Assembly (NCBI GenBank): GCA_951406725.2
Contig: OX597815.1
Coordinates: 116,498,001-116,562,000 of the forward strand
Length of the DNA: 64,000 nucleotides
From: Octopus vulgaris
Lineage: Eukaryota
Reading direction: 5' to 3'
Positions 53,361-64,000 of the stretch are shown in pieces. The position numbers and the translations under genes are program-made. The notes below the pieces were generated by a model. That model ran no database searches. It saw nothing but the letters and a program-made list of their open reading frames with translations, and had not been told where the DNA came from. Numbering within the stretch: position 1 is the stretch's first letter; every line of letters starts with the position of its first letter.

Positions 53361-54049
53361 TATAATATATGCATACACACACATATGCACATGCATTGAT
53401 GTGCAGACACACACACATATATGCAACAGGCTTCTATGTAGTTTCCATCTACAAAATTCACCTACAAGGCATTGGTTGGCCCATGGCTACAGTAGAAGAC
53501 ACCTTCTCAAGGTAAGTATCGGTTATGCTTGTGTCGATAGGGAAGTAATTATAATGCATTTTGTCATGTTATATTAAAGAACCAAGCATGGATATTGAAA
53601 GTAAGGCATTTTATAAGTTTTAATATCACCTGAATTGTGTGTATGTTTGTGCATGCATGCATGTGAGTATATATGCAACAGTGAATGTTAATATTATTTT
53701 ATGGTTCATAACACCACTTCTAGGAAAACATTGATGATATCAGTACTATTAATGAGGGAAGATGATGGATTAATTTAAGGTTGTTTGTTTGATATTAAAG
53801 GTGACTAACTTTAATTTAGTAATTTAGTTCTAGAAGGGTGCTTATTATAGAAATAATAAGCAGGTTCCCTGAATTAGCATAATGTTTAATCCATGATCCA
53901 CCTTTAATCAAAAAACATTGCAGCTGTGAGGGTAGTAATATAATTTTGATAGCTAGGATATTTTGTGATATTAATCAAAGTACTGCCAAAGTAGTGCTAA
54001 TGTTTTTTCAAAGAGAATATAAAACTGACTAATAAACCAAATTTACACA

Positions 54050-54483
54050 ACTTGACTGCTTCTTTTCTCTGCCAGTAGAATTTAGCCCTGCAGCTTCCCA
54101 TCCCATAAAAAGCCCCGACTGTATTACTTTTAACTAAAGAGAGCAAGGGAGAGAGAACTTTCTTCAACCAATAGTCACTATATCTCCCCATGCTGCTGCT
54201 AGCAGCCACCGGTTTTAACAACCCAGCCGAGGAAGATAGACATTAGCTTACAGTGAGAGATGAAGGAAAAAACATATATAATTATATAGATATAAGCATA
54301 AAGATATATAAATAGAAATATATGTTATTATGTGAATAACTGTTATTTTCTGATAATATCACTGAAATTAATTTTTTAACATAATAGATACAAATTTCAG
54401 AATTTAAAAATATAAAGGAATTCTAGGCTAAAAGATATATATTTATTTTAATTACATCTCAAGAAACTTTTTAAACTTCAAAA
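54050..54483 (+). promoter_or_regulatory. Putative promoter and 5' UTR of the hemicentin-like gene
   Basis: Repeat-free segment directly upstream of the ATG, locally more GC-rich. It contains CATAAAAAG (54104-54112) and CCAAT (54168-54172). The TSS cannot be determined from sequence. Confidence 0.4.
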
Positions 54484-54760
54484 ATGAAATTAAAAGAAAA
54501 TGTGCTTATAATTTTAGTATTTTTAAACTCTTTCTTGTTAATGAGAGATGGAAGATGTAGTGGAGAAGAGAATGCTGACCACTTTGTTGGAGAAATACCC
54601 CTTGGAGCTGCCACCTTAGCTTTTGTTTTTGATAATACTGGTTCTATGATGGATGACCTGAGACAGGTAATTAAAGGGGCTGCAAAAATATTAGCCACAA
54701 CTCTTGCACGAGGAGAGAAGCCTTTGTACAACTATGTCCTGGTACCTTTTGGTGATCCAG
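54484..54760 (+). CDS. HMCN: Hemicentin-like extracellular matrix protein, first coding exon (signal peptide plus N-terminal VWA domain start)
   Basis: [20 protein letters not shown] is a hydrophobic signal peptide. It is followed by [34 protein letters not shown]...[13 protein letters not shown], which matches the hemicentin N-terminus (EIPxGAxTLAFVFDxTGSMxDDLxQVIxGAxKIL...LVPFHDP) with a MIDAS-like DxTxS. There is a strong donor CAG|GTAAGT at 54760/54761 (phase 1). Exon 2 was not recognised in the window. Confidence 0.9.
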
Positions 54761-55059
54761 GTAAGTGACACTTTATACTCTGCCCTCTAGTCAACTTTTT
54801 ATTGCTTTCCTTTCAATCATACCTTATAAACTCACATGTAAACATGCATGCATGCAACCATATATACACACACATGCTCACAATCAGACATACATGCACA
54901 CATACATAACTTATGCATATATTTGTGTGTGTGTATGTGTGTGTGTGTGTGTGTGTGTTAGTATGTATGGGCATGTAAACTAATAATTGTGAGTACCTTT
55001 GAGCATTTATCATCAAAGACAATATTTTATCAATGAACAAAGTTTTAAAAGTATGTATG

Positions 55060-55092
<33 letters not shown>

Positions 55093-55545
55093 ATGCACAC
55101 ACACACACACACACACATACATTAAATTACAGGGTATTTTAAAGAAATAGAGTAAAACATAAAGTTATCAGATCTAAATGGAAATTAAATCTTCAGCATA
55201 TGAGTGACAATCAAATATATTTACCATTTTGCTACCTTTTGGTCATCAATTTTTTTCCTCTCTCATTTAGGACTATTTATATCTATGTACAGAGATAGTG
55301 TATTTGATCAATCTTCTACTTAGCTTTTTTTCTTTATCTGATTGTCTGGCTCTCTGCTACTATCTCTGTCTCTTGCTCTCTCTTGATGTGTGTGTGAATG
55401 CATATACATACATGAATACATACACACACACACACAGACACACACATATATATATATGTATGTATGTATGTATGTATATATATATATTCTCCTCCTTATC
55501 ATCATCATTGTTTAATGTCCACCTTCTATGCTGGCATTGATGGGA

Positions 55546-55582
<37 letters not shown>

Positions 55583-55583
<1 letters not shown>

Positions 55584-55876
55584 GTGCAGGCATGACTGTG
55601 TGGTTAAGAAGGTCTCTTTGAATGTAAGTGACTTTGAGTTCAGGTTCACTGTACAGTACTTTGGGCAAGTGACTTCTATTATAGCCCCAGGCTGACCAAT
55701 GTCTTGCAAATGGATTTTGTAAGTGGAAACTGTGTTGAAGCTTGTCATAAAAGAGACAAATAGAATAAGTTAGAGACTTTAAAATATGAATTGATGCTGA
55801 TTTGGCCAACAAAACCATTCAAGGTGGTGTCCCAGGATGTCCGCAGTCTAGTGACTGAAACAAGTAAAAGATAAGA
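55583..55876 (+). mobile_element. CORE-SINE type A, internally deleted
   Basis: ggcatgactgtgtggttaagaag head, ttgggcaagtg core, gactgaaacaagtaaaagataag tail. Confidence 0.7.
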
Positions 55877-55939
55877 GAAGACACACACACACACACACAT
55901 ATATTATATATTATATATTATATGTAATATTATGTAGAT

Positions 55940-55980
<41 letters not shown>

Positions 55981-55981
<1 letters not shown>

Positions 55982-56237
55982 ACTCTTTACTCTTTTAATT
56001 GTTTCAGTCGTTTGACTGTGGCCATGCTGAAGCCCTGCCTTTAGTTGAGCAAATCGATCCGAGGACATATTCTTTGTAAGCCTAGTACTTATTCTATCGG
56101 TTTCTTTTGCCAAACCACTAAGTTACGGAGACATAAACACACCAGCATCGGTTGTCAAGCGATTGTGTGTGTGTGTGTGGGAGGGGACAAACACAGACAC
56201 ACAAGCATATACATACACACATACATACATACATACA

Positions 56238-56273
<36 letters not shown>

Positions 56274-56447
56274 TATGTATATACATATATACGATGGGCT
56301 TCTTTTAGTTTCCGTCTACCAAATCCACTCACAAGGCTTTGGTCATCCTGAGGCTATAGTAGAATACACTTGCCCAAGGTGCCATGCAGTGGGACCGAAC
56401 CCGGAACCATGTGGTTCGTAAGCAAGCTACTTGCCACACAGCCACTC
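55981..56447 (-). mobile_element. CORE-SINE type A, complete
   Basis: Near-consensus along its whole length, with internal (TACA)n. Confidence 0.88.
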
Positions 56448-56451
56448 TTAG

Positions 56452-56510
<59 letters not shown>

Positions 56511-56626
56511 TTATCTATCTCTCTCTCTATATATATATATATATAATATGTATTGTTTATATATATATATGTATGTGTATATATATATATATATTATATG
56601 TTTTATTTATATATATATTACACACA

Positions 56627-56880
56627 CATCATCATCATCATCATCATCGTCATTAATGTCCGTTTTCCATGCTGGCATGTGCTGGATGGTTTGACTGAGG
56701 ACTGGCAAACCAGTAGGTGACACCAGGTACCAATCTGATCTGGCAAGATTTCTATTGCTGGATGCCCTTCCTAATGCCAACCACTTCGAGAGTGTAGTGG
56801 GTGCTTTTTACATGTCACTGGCACGAGAGCCAGTCAGGCAGCATTGGCATTGACCATGTTTGTATGGCACTAGCATCGAC
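56627..56880 (-). mobile_element. RTE LINE 3' UTR fragment
   Basis: (CAT)n..aatgtccgttttccatgctggcatg..gatgcccttcctaatgccaaccac. Confidence 0.8.
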
Positions 56881-57292
56881 ATATAATATATATAATATAT
56901 ATATAATCGACATATAATATGTATACACATATACACCCACACATATACGTAGATAGGTAACTTGAGAGATATGTGGAAGTGCATACCTAAGTAGATAGCA
57001 TGTTGAGTTCACAGTTACAAGGTCATGTGTTTGATTCCTTGACTTGGCAGTAGGTGTGTCCTTGGGCAAGGCACATCATTTCTTATTGCTGTGATTCACT
57101 CAGCTGAAAATAAACACCAACTGAATGCTATGCAGGCCCTTCTCTTCCTGAGTTGTTATATCTTTGACGTTCCGCTGAGTGAAGGGTGAAAGGGCCAAGA
57201 GGTTTTCTATATCTGCCAGTAGTGAAAGCAGGGTACAGGTATGCTTTCACATACTTGTATGTGAGTGACAGCTAAGCTTACTTCACATGCAA

Positions 57293-57339
<47 letters not shown>

Positions 57340-57341
<2 letters not shown>

Positions 57342-57912
57342 CTTGGCTGTGCAATTAAGAAGTTTGCTTTCCAACCATGAAGTTTCAGGTTCAGTTCCAC
57401 TGTAAGGCACCTTAATCAAGTGTCTTCTACTACAGTCCTGAGATCAAAGCTTTGCAAGTGGCTTTAGTAAAGGGAAACTGAAAGAATCCCATTACATGTA
57501 TATACACTTATATGCATGTGAACGCACGCATGTGTGTTTGTGTGTGTGTGTGTGTGCATGTGTGTGCATGTATGTGTATGTGTGTGTTGTGTTGTGTGTG
57601 TGTATGTGTGTGTGTTGTGGTGTGTGTGTGTGCATGTTGTGTGTGTGTGTGTATGTGTTAGTGTCTACTTGTGTTCAGTCATGTGAGTGTTGTAAGTGAG
57701 TGTCACCATCATACAAGCATTGTAATTCATTTCTAATCTTCCATGAAAACAATGTTCAGTCATGAGGAAATATTACCTCTCTTGGAAACGAGTGAGGATA
57801 GGGAACAGGAAGAGCATGTGGCCATAGGAAATCTGCCTCAACAAATTCCATCTGACCAATGCAAGTATAGGAAAGTGAACACTAAAAATTTGATGATGAT
57901 GGTGATGATGGT
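57340..57912 (+). mobile_element. CORE-SINE type B
   Basis: Head, (TG)n, and RTE-like tail gaaatctgcctcaacaaattccatctgacc..(gat)n. Confidence 0.75.
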
Positions 57913-58089
57913 TTAAATGCACATGAACACACACACACACACATATACAGACTATGGTAGTGTGGTGAGGATGTTCATATTGCAACTATGTGATTTCAGG
58001 TTCAATCTCACAATCCCACTGCAAGGTGCTTTGGGCAAGTGTCTTTCACTACAGCCTCAGATTGACTAAAATGCTTTATGAGTAAAATT

Positions 58090-58110
58090 TCATCATCATT
58101 GTGGTCATTG

Positions 58111-58151
<41 letters not shown>

Positions 58152-58533
58152 GCCATTATCATTATCGTCATCATCATCACCATTATCGTTATCATTACTG
58201 TCGCCATCGTCGTCATCGTCATCATCATTGTCATCATCATTGTCATCGTCATTATCGTTAACATCATCATTATCATCATCATCATCACCATTATCGTCAT
58301 CAGCATTATCATCATCATCATCATCATCATCATCGCTATTATCGTTATCATCATCATCATCGCCATTATCGTCATCACCATGATTGTCGTCACCATCATC
58401 ACCATTATCGTCATCATCATCATCATCGTCATCATTGTCATCATCATTCTTATCATCATCATCATTGTCGTCATCATCATCGTCATCATCATCGTTGTCA
58501 TTGGCATCATCATCATCATCACATCATCATCAT
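58090..58533. repeat. Degenerate (ATC)n tract, ~440 bp; expanded tail of a minus-strand type B/RTE end
   Basis: Direct reading. It abuts ttttaacgttcacttttccatgcttgc at 58533. Confidence 0.9.
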
Positions 58534-59255
58534 TTTAACGTTCACTTTTCCATGCTTGCAAGGGTCAGATTGAATTTGCTGAGGCCAAGTTTTCTTGGCC
58601 TGATTCCTTTCCTGCCAATGACCCACTCCTATTTCCAAGCAGGGTAATACTTCCCTAAAACCTGACAGGGTTTCATGGAAGATTGGAAATGAATGACATC
58701 GTTTGTATGGTGGTGATGTTGGTTCGCAAGTATTGTACTATTGCATAGTGTCAAGACAAGGAGACATACATATGCACACACATTATCATCATCGTTGTTT
58801 AACATCCTTGTTCAATGCTGGCATCGGTTGGATGGTTTGACAGGAGCTGGCCAGGTGGGATCCTGTGCCATGCTTCTGAGTGTGTTTTGGCATGGTTTTT
58901 ACTGTTGGATGCCCTTCCTAACACCAAGCACTTCATAGAGTGGGCTGAGTGCTTTTTACATGACACTCACAGAGGCAAAGTCAGTTTTAGTGTTGTTTTT
59001 ACTGTTGGACACATATACACACAGACATGCATGTGCATGCACACACACACACACATACACACGCACACACACACATACAGGTATACACACACACACACAC
59101 ACATATACGTGGACACACACATATATGACAAGCTTCTTCCAGCTTCTCTGGCCAGGCTTTGGTCTGCCTGGGGCTATAGTTGAAGACACTTGCTCAGGGT
59201 GCCACACTCTGTGGAACCAAATCTCAAACCATGTAATTGAGAAGCAATGTTTTTG

Positions 59256-59472
59256 TGAAGAGGTGCTGAAAAGATCCTGGCTTTACAGGTATTGTGAAAG
59301 GTATGGCTGGAGGCCCACCATTCCAAGTTCTTTTACAGGACTTAGAAAAAATGAAGGACCACTGCAATAAATGTGTGAATCTGAGAGGGGAATATGTTGC
59401 ATAAAATCATAATTAACTGATCCTCCTGTATTTTCTTTTGCCCAAAGCCAGGAACTTTTCAGCACCCTCTTG
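59256..59472. mobile_element. mariner-derived MITE
   Basis: TIRs gaagaggtgctgaaaagatcctggcttt / aaagccaggaacttttcagcaccctcttg-TA. Confidence 0.8.
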
Positions 59473-59801
59473 TACATTGTCAAGTATACTCCTGCTTATG
59501 GTATATAATTGGCCAGAAAATTACCATTGATTTTGCATCTACTATTGCACTGACCAACATTCACAACTCATCAACATTGCTGGCTGGAAGCACATAGAAC
59601 TCTTTAAGGCTATGTGCTTCTGGCCAGCATATCTAAAGAGTTGTCTGTATTGCCAAGTACAGTAGGAATGTGAAACCAACAGTAACTTTCTAACTGGTTA
59701 TATGGCATAACCAGGAATATATTACTCAACAATATTAAAGCATAACTGCTCAAACTTTCTCTTAAAGTGTGCTTTTTTCTAGTTTATGGATAATTGACCA
59801 G

Positions 59802-59851
<50 letters not shown>

Positions 59852-60648
59852 TTAGTGGTTAGGGTGTTGTACTCACAATTGCAAGATCTTGGGTTTGATT
59901 CCCAACCCAAGTATTGTGTTGTGTTCTTGGGAAAAGTTCTTCATTTCATGTTGCTCTGAAATCGTTTCAACATCTGACATGTGGCACCCGGTTGCACCTG
60001 TACAGGTATTGTTGATTTGATGGAGGGAGTGAGCTTATATGTACACAACCATTAGATCACTATAAACAAATTATCTGTGTGGTCATTCAGTAAGAAATTG
60101 TTGAGCCCTCAAGCATCGTCTAACTACAAGAGAGTCCATTGTATATATATATATATCTTATAATTGGTCAATTATTGCAATATTGTTATATTTTGGGATA
60201 GTCATTTTTACTTTTTGCCAGTTTTTCAAATAAACACAAGCACCACATATTTGTTCCTCACTTCAGATTTATTATGGTTATTTTATGTCCTTTGTCTGGA
60301 AATCTTTTGTCACACATACAGTGACCTCTTCAGTGACTCCTCTCCATCCCATGTGTCTCTTCCTGTTCTATTTAGTCCATTCTCTCCTCCTCTCCCTCTC
60401 TCTCTATATGTATATATATATATCAAAAGGATGTGTTATAATACTATTCACAGCTATACCAACAATCCAACATACCTCCATCATCAGCTGCCCCACAGAT
60501 ATCATTATGGTTTTGACACCTGGGCAGTACCATTCAATCCAGTAGTGTCAACAGTACTAAAATAAGTGTTGTTTGGGAACAAACAAACCAAAGAAGCCAC
60601 AACTTTCAAACACATTTACCCTATGTACAACTGTATTGATAAATAAAC

Positions 60649-60705
<57 letters not shown>

Positions 60706-60806
60706 GAGTAAACACATAAATGTGAAACAAGGTGGAAAAAAGAGTACTCAAATACCAGTGGTAGAGTAATATGCTTTATTTAAAGCAGCAGAAAATTCAA
60801 CAAAAT

Positions 60807-60844
60807 CTGTTACTCTGAGTTTCTCGTTGCCGTTCATCAGACAG
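60807..60844 (-). ncRNA. Minimal type-I hammerhead motif, core intact, in a ~170-bp insert (60703-60870) flanked by (TA)n
   Basis: CTGT-CTGATGA-A-CG-GCAA-CG-A-GAAA-CTCAGAGTA-ACAG. Stem I is CUGU/ACAG, stem II is GNRA-capped, stem III is ACUC-A-GAGU, and the site is GUA. Confidence 0.7.
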
Positions 60845-60870
60845 TTTTTGCTAGAATGGAACCGATATAT

Positions 60871-60929
<59 letters not shown>

Positions 60930-61165
60930 GTTATGTATGTGTGTGACTATGTATTGAAACTGCTAAAGGACTGCTGACATTGTTTATGTTTGACATATTA
61001 AAAGAAAAAAAATTAAGTTACTCAGCAAACTGCCAACTCTTACTTGAAAGCAAGTAAAGGTTGGTTACTCCAAGAGATTTCATTCAGAAAAGTAGTTGTG
61101 AAAACGTTGGTCCTGATAATGATACACACATAACATATGAATCTCTTCAAATATACATATTATAA

Positions 61166-61327
61166 GCACAGGTGTGGCTGTGTGGTAAGTAGCTTGCTTA
61201 CCAACCATGTGGTTCCAGGTTCAGTCCCACTGTGTGACACTTTGGGCAAGTGTCTTCTACTATAGCCTTGGGCCAACCAAAGCCTTATGGGTGGATTTGG
61301 TAGATGGAAACTGAAAGAAGCCCATCG

Positions 61328-61368
<41 letters not shown>

Positions 61369-61586
61369 GTATGTATTTGTGTGTCTGTGTCTGTACCCCC
61401 ACCATTGCTTGACAACTGATGTTGGTGTATTTACATACCTGTAACTTAGCAGTTTGGCAAAAGTTACTGATAGAATAAGTACTAGGCTTACAGAGAATCA
61501 GTCCTGGTGTCGATTTTTTCAACTAAAGGCAGTGCTCCAGCATGGCCGCAGTAAAATGACTGAAACAAGTAAAAGAAAAAGAAAAG
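61166..61586 (+). mobile_element. CORE-SINE type A, complete
   Basis: gtggctgtgtggtaagtagcttgc..ggttcagtccc..ttgggcaagtg..(TA)n..gactgaaacaagtaaaagaaaaag. Confidence 0.88.
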
Positions 61587-61814
61587 TGGTTGAGCACTCC
61601 ATTGACATGCATACTTTCAACATAGTTATGAGGGAGGTTCAGTGTGACACAGAATATGAAGGCTGGCCCTTTGAATTACAGGAAGTACTTACTTTTACCA
61701 GTTGAGTGGAGTGGCACCACATGAAATGAAGCTCAAGGACAGAATGTGCCACTGGGAATCGAACCCACAGCCTTGTGGTCATGAGCCAAATACCCTTACT
61801 ACTAAGCTACATAC

Positions 61815-62129
61815 CTTCTAACGAGGGACTGGGAGTGGGTGACAATTTGCTGTACTTGAGAAGACATGTAAAGACAAATAAAATCCTTGTCCTCTGTACA
61901 TGCAGGCATGTCCTTTACAGGTGCCAGTGCCACATAAAATGCCCCTGTGCCAGTGCTGCATACACACACCTGTGCTGGTGGCATGTAAAAACCACTCTGT
62001 CAAGTGGTTGGCATTAGGAAGGGCATCCAGCTGTAGAAACCATGCCACAACAAACAACTGCAGTCTGGACAGCTCCTGTCAAACCATCCAGCCCATGGTA
62101 AAGAATATGGATGCTAAATGATGATGATG
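61815..62129 (+). mobile_element. RTE LINE 3' UTR fragment
   Basis: gccacataaaatgccc units, then aggaagggcatccagctgtagaaac..(gat)n. Confidence 0.75.
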
Positions 62130-62130
62130 G

Positions 62131-62228
<98 letters not shown>

Positions 62229-62410
62229 CATATATATATATATATGTGTGTGTATATATATGTATGTATGTATGTATGTGTGTATGTATATATATATATA
62301 TATATGTATATATATGTTAAAAATTGTGGTGCAATTAATTCATCTACTGTATTATGTGGGCAAGGGTAAAATTATTACCATAAATTAATAATACAAAATG
62401 AGAAAATGGA

Positions 62411-62447
<37 letters not shown>

Positions 62448-62946
62448 AGCAATAAGAGAGGGACCACATGTGGTCACTCTAACGCTAGAAATAGATCCGC
62501 AAAGGGAATCCACCACTAAAGAATTGTTCTCAAGCAATTAATTCAACACTTCAAGAAATGTAAGGACATATATATATATACATATTTATATAGATGAAAT
62601 TTACAGAAAAACAAAAGATGAAGACAGGTGTATGAACAACAAACAGGTGTATTAGTTTGATACTCAGGAAAGTAAGAAAGTCTTTTATGTAATATATATA
62701 TATATATTATATGTATGGATCAATTTGTTTGACTAAACTGTTCTAGGTAGTGCCCCAGCATGGCCACAGCTCAATGACTGAAACAAATATATATACATAT
62801 ATATGAAAATATGACAAGTTAATCCTTATTTTGATAGGTATTGTCTATCTTACACAGATTGTATGCATGTACATACAACTATACAAATAGTATATATATA
62901 AAACACACACACACATATATGAATGTATATATGTGTGTTTGTGAGT

Positions 62947-62997
<51 letters not shown>

Positions 62998-63589
62998 ATC
63001 CTTTCCATATATATATTTATATCATTATACATAAATATTTTTAGTTGGCTCTCTATTTGCTTATAAGGAAACATACATACGTAAACTCACACATATACAT
63101 ACATATGGGTATATATAGCAACATATGACACACTAGTAAATACTATCCTCTCTCTCATTTTGCACTCCCATTTTGGTTGGTCAAATAATATATTGTTAAT
63201 ATTATCAAAATAGAAAAGAAATTGCAGTACCGAAGTTGCGCAAAAAAAAAATATATATAAATATATATAAAATAAAATAAATAGATGAAAATAGCTATAA
63301 ATAAAATGAAATAATATAAATAAAACATGAAAAAAAGAGCAACATATGAAAGAGTGCTACAGACAAGCAAGTATTTTTCTAGACAGAAAAACAACATAAG
63401 CTATTGCACATGTGCACATTTGGGAACCATGTGCATGTTTGCAGGTATGTATTTAGGTACATTTGCAAGTCTTAAGTACATACCCATTATGTATGCAGTT
63501 TTTTCTCATAATTACCATAAAAAAGTAAGCACTTCTATGTGTGCGCATGCGTGTGTGTGTGTATATGGGTGTGTGCATGTGTGTGTATG

Positions 63590-63640
<51 letters not shown>

Positions 63641-63800
63641 GAGAGAGAGCGAGAGAGAGGAAGGGCATCTAGTCATAGAAAACCATGCCAAATCAGACTG
63701 GAGTCTGGTGCAGCATTCCAGCATGCCAGCCCGGTCAAACCATCCAACCCATACCAGCATGGACAATGGACTTTAAATGATGATGATGATGATGATGATA

Positions 63801-64000
63801 TCTCTCTTATATAAAATCCATTCCGTCTGTCTGTCTGTGTGTGTGTCTTCTTGGATCTCGGGCATCCTCCATCCTATTGCACTCAAATTGCACTTATACA
63901 GGGCGTGTATAAGTCTTGAAAAAGTTACAAAAATCGATTCCAGGTGAGAATGCGATCGATAAAGCCGTTTTTGTCCTGCTTTTCTTCCATCGATCTGTAT
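63801..64000 (+). mobile_element. Probable non-autonomous Helitron-like element, 5' end (runs off the window)
   Basis: A|TCTCTCTTATATAAAA start, followed by (GTCT)n and atcctattgcactcaaatt, as seen in small invertebrate Helitron-type repeats. Confidence 0.45.

Noticed and set aside
54471-54731. 86-aa minus-strand ORF overlapping the hemicentin exon
   Set aside because: Antisense shadow of the real exon.
54761-64000. Hemicentin exon 2 (expected xIGPVT..T.D..F...L..L.VQ-like)
   Set aside because: No matching peptide with splice sites was found by eye; it probably lies beyond the window, though a short exon could have been missed.

Overview
AT-rich, repeat-saturated eukaryotic DNA. The SINE, RTE and microsatellite repertoire points to a cephalopod, most likely Octopus (inference). 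The only host gene I can support is the first coding exon of a hemicentin-like gene (54484-54760, + strand: signal peptide plus start of the VWA domain). The rest of the window 3' of it is probably intron 1. Almost all other ORF-track entries are microsatellite artefacts or transposon debris: tRNA-derived CORE- and Nin-domain SINEs, RTE and R4-clade LINE fragments, Tc1/mariner (DD37D, DD34D), hAT, piggyBac-like and Helitron-like remnants, and a 5'-truncated Penelope-like element (GIY-YIG). The most interesting signal is about ten minimal type-I hammerhead ribozyme motifs from several unrelated sequence families. Some sit in ~200-270 bp ORF-less foldback elements made of two outward-facing hammerhead-bearing arms, and one lies just downstream of a tRNA-like Pol III head inside a Penelope terminal repeat. 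Repeat boundaries were read by eye and are approximate (about +/-10-20 nt).
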